Below are positions 61,866-64,000 of a DNA stretch of 64,000 bases, piece after piece. Location: IMG/VR virus record IMGVR_UViG_3300045988_127961; one strand, 5' to 3'. Position numbers and translations under genes: made by a program. The DNA is from a virus. Below the pieces are notes generated by a model that had not been told where the DNA came from, made no database searches, and worked only from the letters and a program-made list of their open reading frames with translations. Numbering within the stretch: position 1 is the first letter of the stretch; each line of letters starts with the position of its first letter.

Positions 61866-62878
61866 TATTTTATACTATACCCAAATTCCTTAGCTTTAAA
61901 ATAGTCTTGCCAGTAATCTTCTCGCACATCTAACTCTTCACGAGAACATTCTTCTATTACTTCAAAACTAAAATTTTCTACTCCAATAGCCAACATAGCA
62001 GGATAAAGTTTATTGCGTGTGGCGGGTTCCGCTCCAATTCCGCGTTTAATATGTTGTTTCCAACGCGCAGAAAGATCGACTGCTTGACCCACATAACACA
62101 TTTGATTTTCTAAATTAGTAATTTTATAAATCCCTGTATGGACTCCAGAACCGATTACTCGACCAATTAAATCTGTAGTTGGTTTTTCATAATAACTTTT
62201 CCAAATTACTTTATTTAAAATATCTTTATCACGAAGTTTTGGTTCAATAGAACGAAGAAGACTGATTTCATCAATATCTATTTGAGGCAACTATAATTTA
62301 TAAAAATCAGCTTGATTTTTAATTTCTTCGGCACGTTTCGCAGCATCAACTGCGGCCGCGACTTCTCTACTATGTAATTGAATTTCTTCATCTAATTTAT
62401 TTAATTCTTCTTTTTTAGAATCAATTAAATTAGATAATTCTAAAGAACAATCAACAAGAGTTGATTGATATTCATTTTCATATTCTTCTTTAGCTTTCGT
62501 ATATTTAAATTCTTGTTTATTTAAATCATATTCAAGGCGAACACGAGCATTTTCCATTGATTGCTGATAGAAAATATCCGCTGATTGCTTTGCTTGGTTC
62601 TATAAAGAATTTAAACTATTTTCAACTTCGTCTCTTTTGGACTAAAGAATATTTAAATTATTTTCTACTTCTTCTTTTCTGGAAGTAATACCTTTTACTG
62701 CCGTTGATAATATTGTATACTAATCATCTAAATCTGAATTTTTATATTCAAGCTCTTTATTTTGTTTTATTATTTCTTCATTAAGCTTTTGAATATTATT
62801 TAGTCGTGGACGTAAAATAAAATATATTAAAAATCCACCAATAATAAACGCCAGTATAGCAATTATTAAAGTAAGCAT
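61865..62878 (-). CDS. Membrane-anchored coiled-coil protein with a C-terminal GIY-YIG nuclease domain (337 aa). Four in-frame TAGs.
   Basis: N-terminal TM LTLIIAILAFIIGGFLIYFIL, repetitive coiled coil, then GIYKITNLENQMCYVGQAVDLSARWKQHIKRG. ORF-track fragments 61865 and 62291 are joined by TAG 62291 and extended upstream to ATG 62878. Confidence 0.5.
62599..62683 (-). repeat. Imperfect ~40-bp tandem duplication inside the coiled-coil coding region
   Basis: TATAAAGAATTTAAACTATTTTCAACTTCGTCTCTTTTGG versus CTAAAGAATATTTAAATTATTTTCTACTTCTTCTTTTCTGG. Confidence 0.35.
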
Positions 62879-62893
62879 AAATATTTAAAAAAG

Positions 62894-62922
62894 AAGGGGC
62901 AGATATTAAATATCTACCCCTT
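62894..62922 (-). terminator. Hairpin terminator (13-bp stem, one mismatch) downstream of the 62938 gene
   Basis: AAGGGGCAGATAT / ATATCTACCCCTT followed on the minus strand by a T-rich run. Confidence 0.5.
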
Positions 62923-62937
62923 AATAATTTATATTAA

Positions 62938-63207
62938 TTACTCCGCGTCAGGAGCGTCGGGATCAAAGCTCATGCCAGCGGGAGTGAGAGAGAGGAACTT
63001 GACCTGCTTATGAGTGCCATCCTCAAGCTCAACCTCAGCGGGAGTGCGAAGACCGAGACCCTTGCGCTGAATAGCACTGGTAAAGATACCATCAACAGAA
63101 CGCTTCTCGAGACCGAGAGCCTCAGCAACATCAGCAGCGGTAACTTCCTGACCGTTAACTTCCTTCAAATAATTAAGAACCTTCTTAGAATTTTCCTTCA
63201 TAGCCAT
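62938..63207 (-). CDS. Small putative DNA-binding protein (89 aa) encoded by an anomalously GC-rich (~50%) gene
   Basis: RBS AAAGGAG. Consensus promoter upstream. GC-rich codons (GCG, CTC, GAG, ACC) contrast with the surrounding ~30% GC sequence. Confidence 0.5.
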   Translation of the reverse strand: MAMKENSKKVLNYLKEVNGQEVTAADVAEALGLEKRSVDGIFTSAIQRKGLGLRTPAEVELEDGTHKQVKFLSLTPAGMSFDPDAPDAE

Positions 63208-63260
63208 AATAATAATAATCTCCTTTAAATAATTAAATATTTTTTTTTATTTTTTTCTTT

Positions 63261-63310
63261 TAACCTTTAGGTTATGTAAATATTATAGTAAAAAATTTTT
63301 TATTTGTCAA
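63261..63310 (-). promoter_or_regulatory. Consensus sigma70 promoter, TTGACA-N17-TATAAT
   Basis: Minus-strand TTGACA (plus 63305-63310) and TATAAT (plus 63282-63287) with a 17-nt spacer. Shares the 20-bp element TTGACAAATAAAAAATTTTT with the promoter at 63534-63562. Confidence 0.65.
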
Positions 63311-63500
63311 GAATTTTTCCAAGAATTTCTTGAACCATTTCGTCAATGGTTGTAATATCATCAAGACTGTGAACGTGGCTCGAAAGTTCCATAATTTGAT
63401 TCTGGGCTTTACGAACAGCTTGCGGGTCTTCACTTGTCTGAACGACTAATTCTGCATTAGCAATTTTTTTTGCGAGATTCTTGAGTTCTTTTGTTTTCAT
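63300..63500 (-). CDS. Small hypothetical protein (66 aa)
   Basis: RBS AAGGAAG. Preceded by a promoter. Confidence 0.4.
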   Translation of the reverse strand: MKTKELKNLAKKIANAELVVQTSEDPQAVRKAQNQIMELSSHVHSLDDITTIDEMVQEILGKILDK

Positions 63501-63533
63501 TTAAAAATTTTCTTCCTTAATTTTTACAAGTTT

Positions 63534-63562
63534 ATTTTACAAAAAATTTTTTTATTTGTCAA
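63534..63562 (-). promoter_or_regulatory. Sigma70-type promoter, TTGACA-N17-TAAAAT
   Basis: Minus-strand TTGACA (plus 63557-63562) and TAAAAT (plus 63534-63539) with a 17-nt spacer. Confidence 0.55.
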
Positions 63563-64000
63563 AACATTCCGCCAAAGTGCAGTCGGTAATGTTCTTATCA
63601 TCGCGGAATCCTTTAAAAAAGCCATGCCTTAAAGTATGCTCTTCATTATTGCGTTGCATACACTGTATGGCAACTACTCGATTAAGGTATTTTTCAGGTT
63701 CTTTAGCAAAAGCTTCTTTAAGTTCATCGGTTAATCCAGAGGATACCGTTCCGATTTCAATAAGATTTCCTTTATCATCATAGGCGCCTAACTTCATAGA
63801 TGTCTTCCATCCATAATAATAGCCTTTGGTAATTGGTTGATAATATTTTTCATCATCTTCTAATAAATTACTTCCATTAGCAGGAGGATTCTTCAAATAA
63901 TTTTTATAGAAATTTCCTTTTACTAATTGGGGTTTTGACCATCCTGCGAAACAATGATCTTCTTCAAAGCAATTATAAAACATTGGAGTTTTTATTTCCC
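63552..64000 (-). CDS. ATP-dependent DNA ligase, C-terminal OB-domain part (the 5' portion lies beyond the window end)
   Basis: C-terminal LRHGFFKGFRDDK resembles the LRFPRF.R.R.DK ligase motif. The ORF is open to the window edge. Confidence 0.45.
   Translation of the reverse strand, partial: EIKTPMFYNCFEEDHCFAGWSKPQLVKGNFYKNYLKNPPANGSNLLEDDEKYYQPITKGYYYGWKTSMKLGAYDDKGNLIEIGTVSSGLTDELKEAFAKEPEKYLNRVVAIQCMQRNNEEHTLRHGFFKGFRDDKNITDCTLAECFDK

Noticed and set aside
1-64000. Alternative recoding of TGA (code 4) or TAA
   Set aside because: TGA and TAA appear as genuine terminators at gene ends, followed by RBS-plus-start or terminators (e.g. 8076 TAA, 14601 TGA, 29752 TGA). No in-frame TGA or TAA was needed to join any gene.

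Overview
This ~64 kb window is a contiguous segment of a tailed bacteriophage or prophage genome. The genome is AT-rich (roughly 30% GC by eye) and genes are preceded by strong Shine-Dalgarno sites (AAGGAGG), which points to a Firmicutes-type host rather than a Bacteroidetes host. The dominant feature is pervasive in-frame TAG (amber) codons. The supplied ORF track breaks nearly every large gene of the plus-strand late region (1..37850) into short pieces, but every break is a TAG. Neighbouring fragments always share one frame, and TAA/TGA appear only at sensible gene ends. Read with TAG as sense (probably Gln, as in genetic code 15), the late region resolves into long ORFs. These are a giant tape-measure protein of more than 2690 aa (5'-truncated by the window), large tail or baseplate proteins, a family of tail-fiber paralogs including a 2581-aa giant with BspA-type leucine-rich repeats, and an LL-H-type holin. 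After the holin comes a cluster of Q-rich, Asn/Gly/Cys-rich and exosporium BclA-C-terminal-like proteins plus an ImmA/IrrE-like metalloprotease. A frameshifted LytTR-family response-regulator gene lies on the opposite strand inside this region. The minus-strand region (37885..64000) holds the replication and nucleotide-metabolism module. It contains a partial DNA ligase, Sak4-like ATPase, SSB-like protein, DnaB helicase, DnaG primase, RecJ-like exonuclease, RecD/Dda-like helicase, HNH endonuclease, PolIII-alpha-type DNA polymerase, guanylate-kinase-like protein, NrdD/NrdG, dUTPase and a RuvC-like resolvase. Here TAG codons are rare but present. NrdD, RecJ, the helicases and several other genes are each split by one to five in-frame TAGs, whereas the 1325-codon polymerase has none. 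Four minus-strand sigma70-type promoters with exact TTGACA-N17-TATAAT geometry were found, along with many hairpin terminators. Other features are an apparent +1 frameshift at a prfB-like CUU-UGA-C site at the start of the polymerase gene and a 270-bp ~50% GC island. No tRNA, CRISPR array or integrase was recognised in the window.
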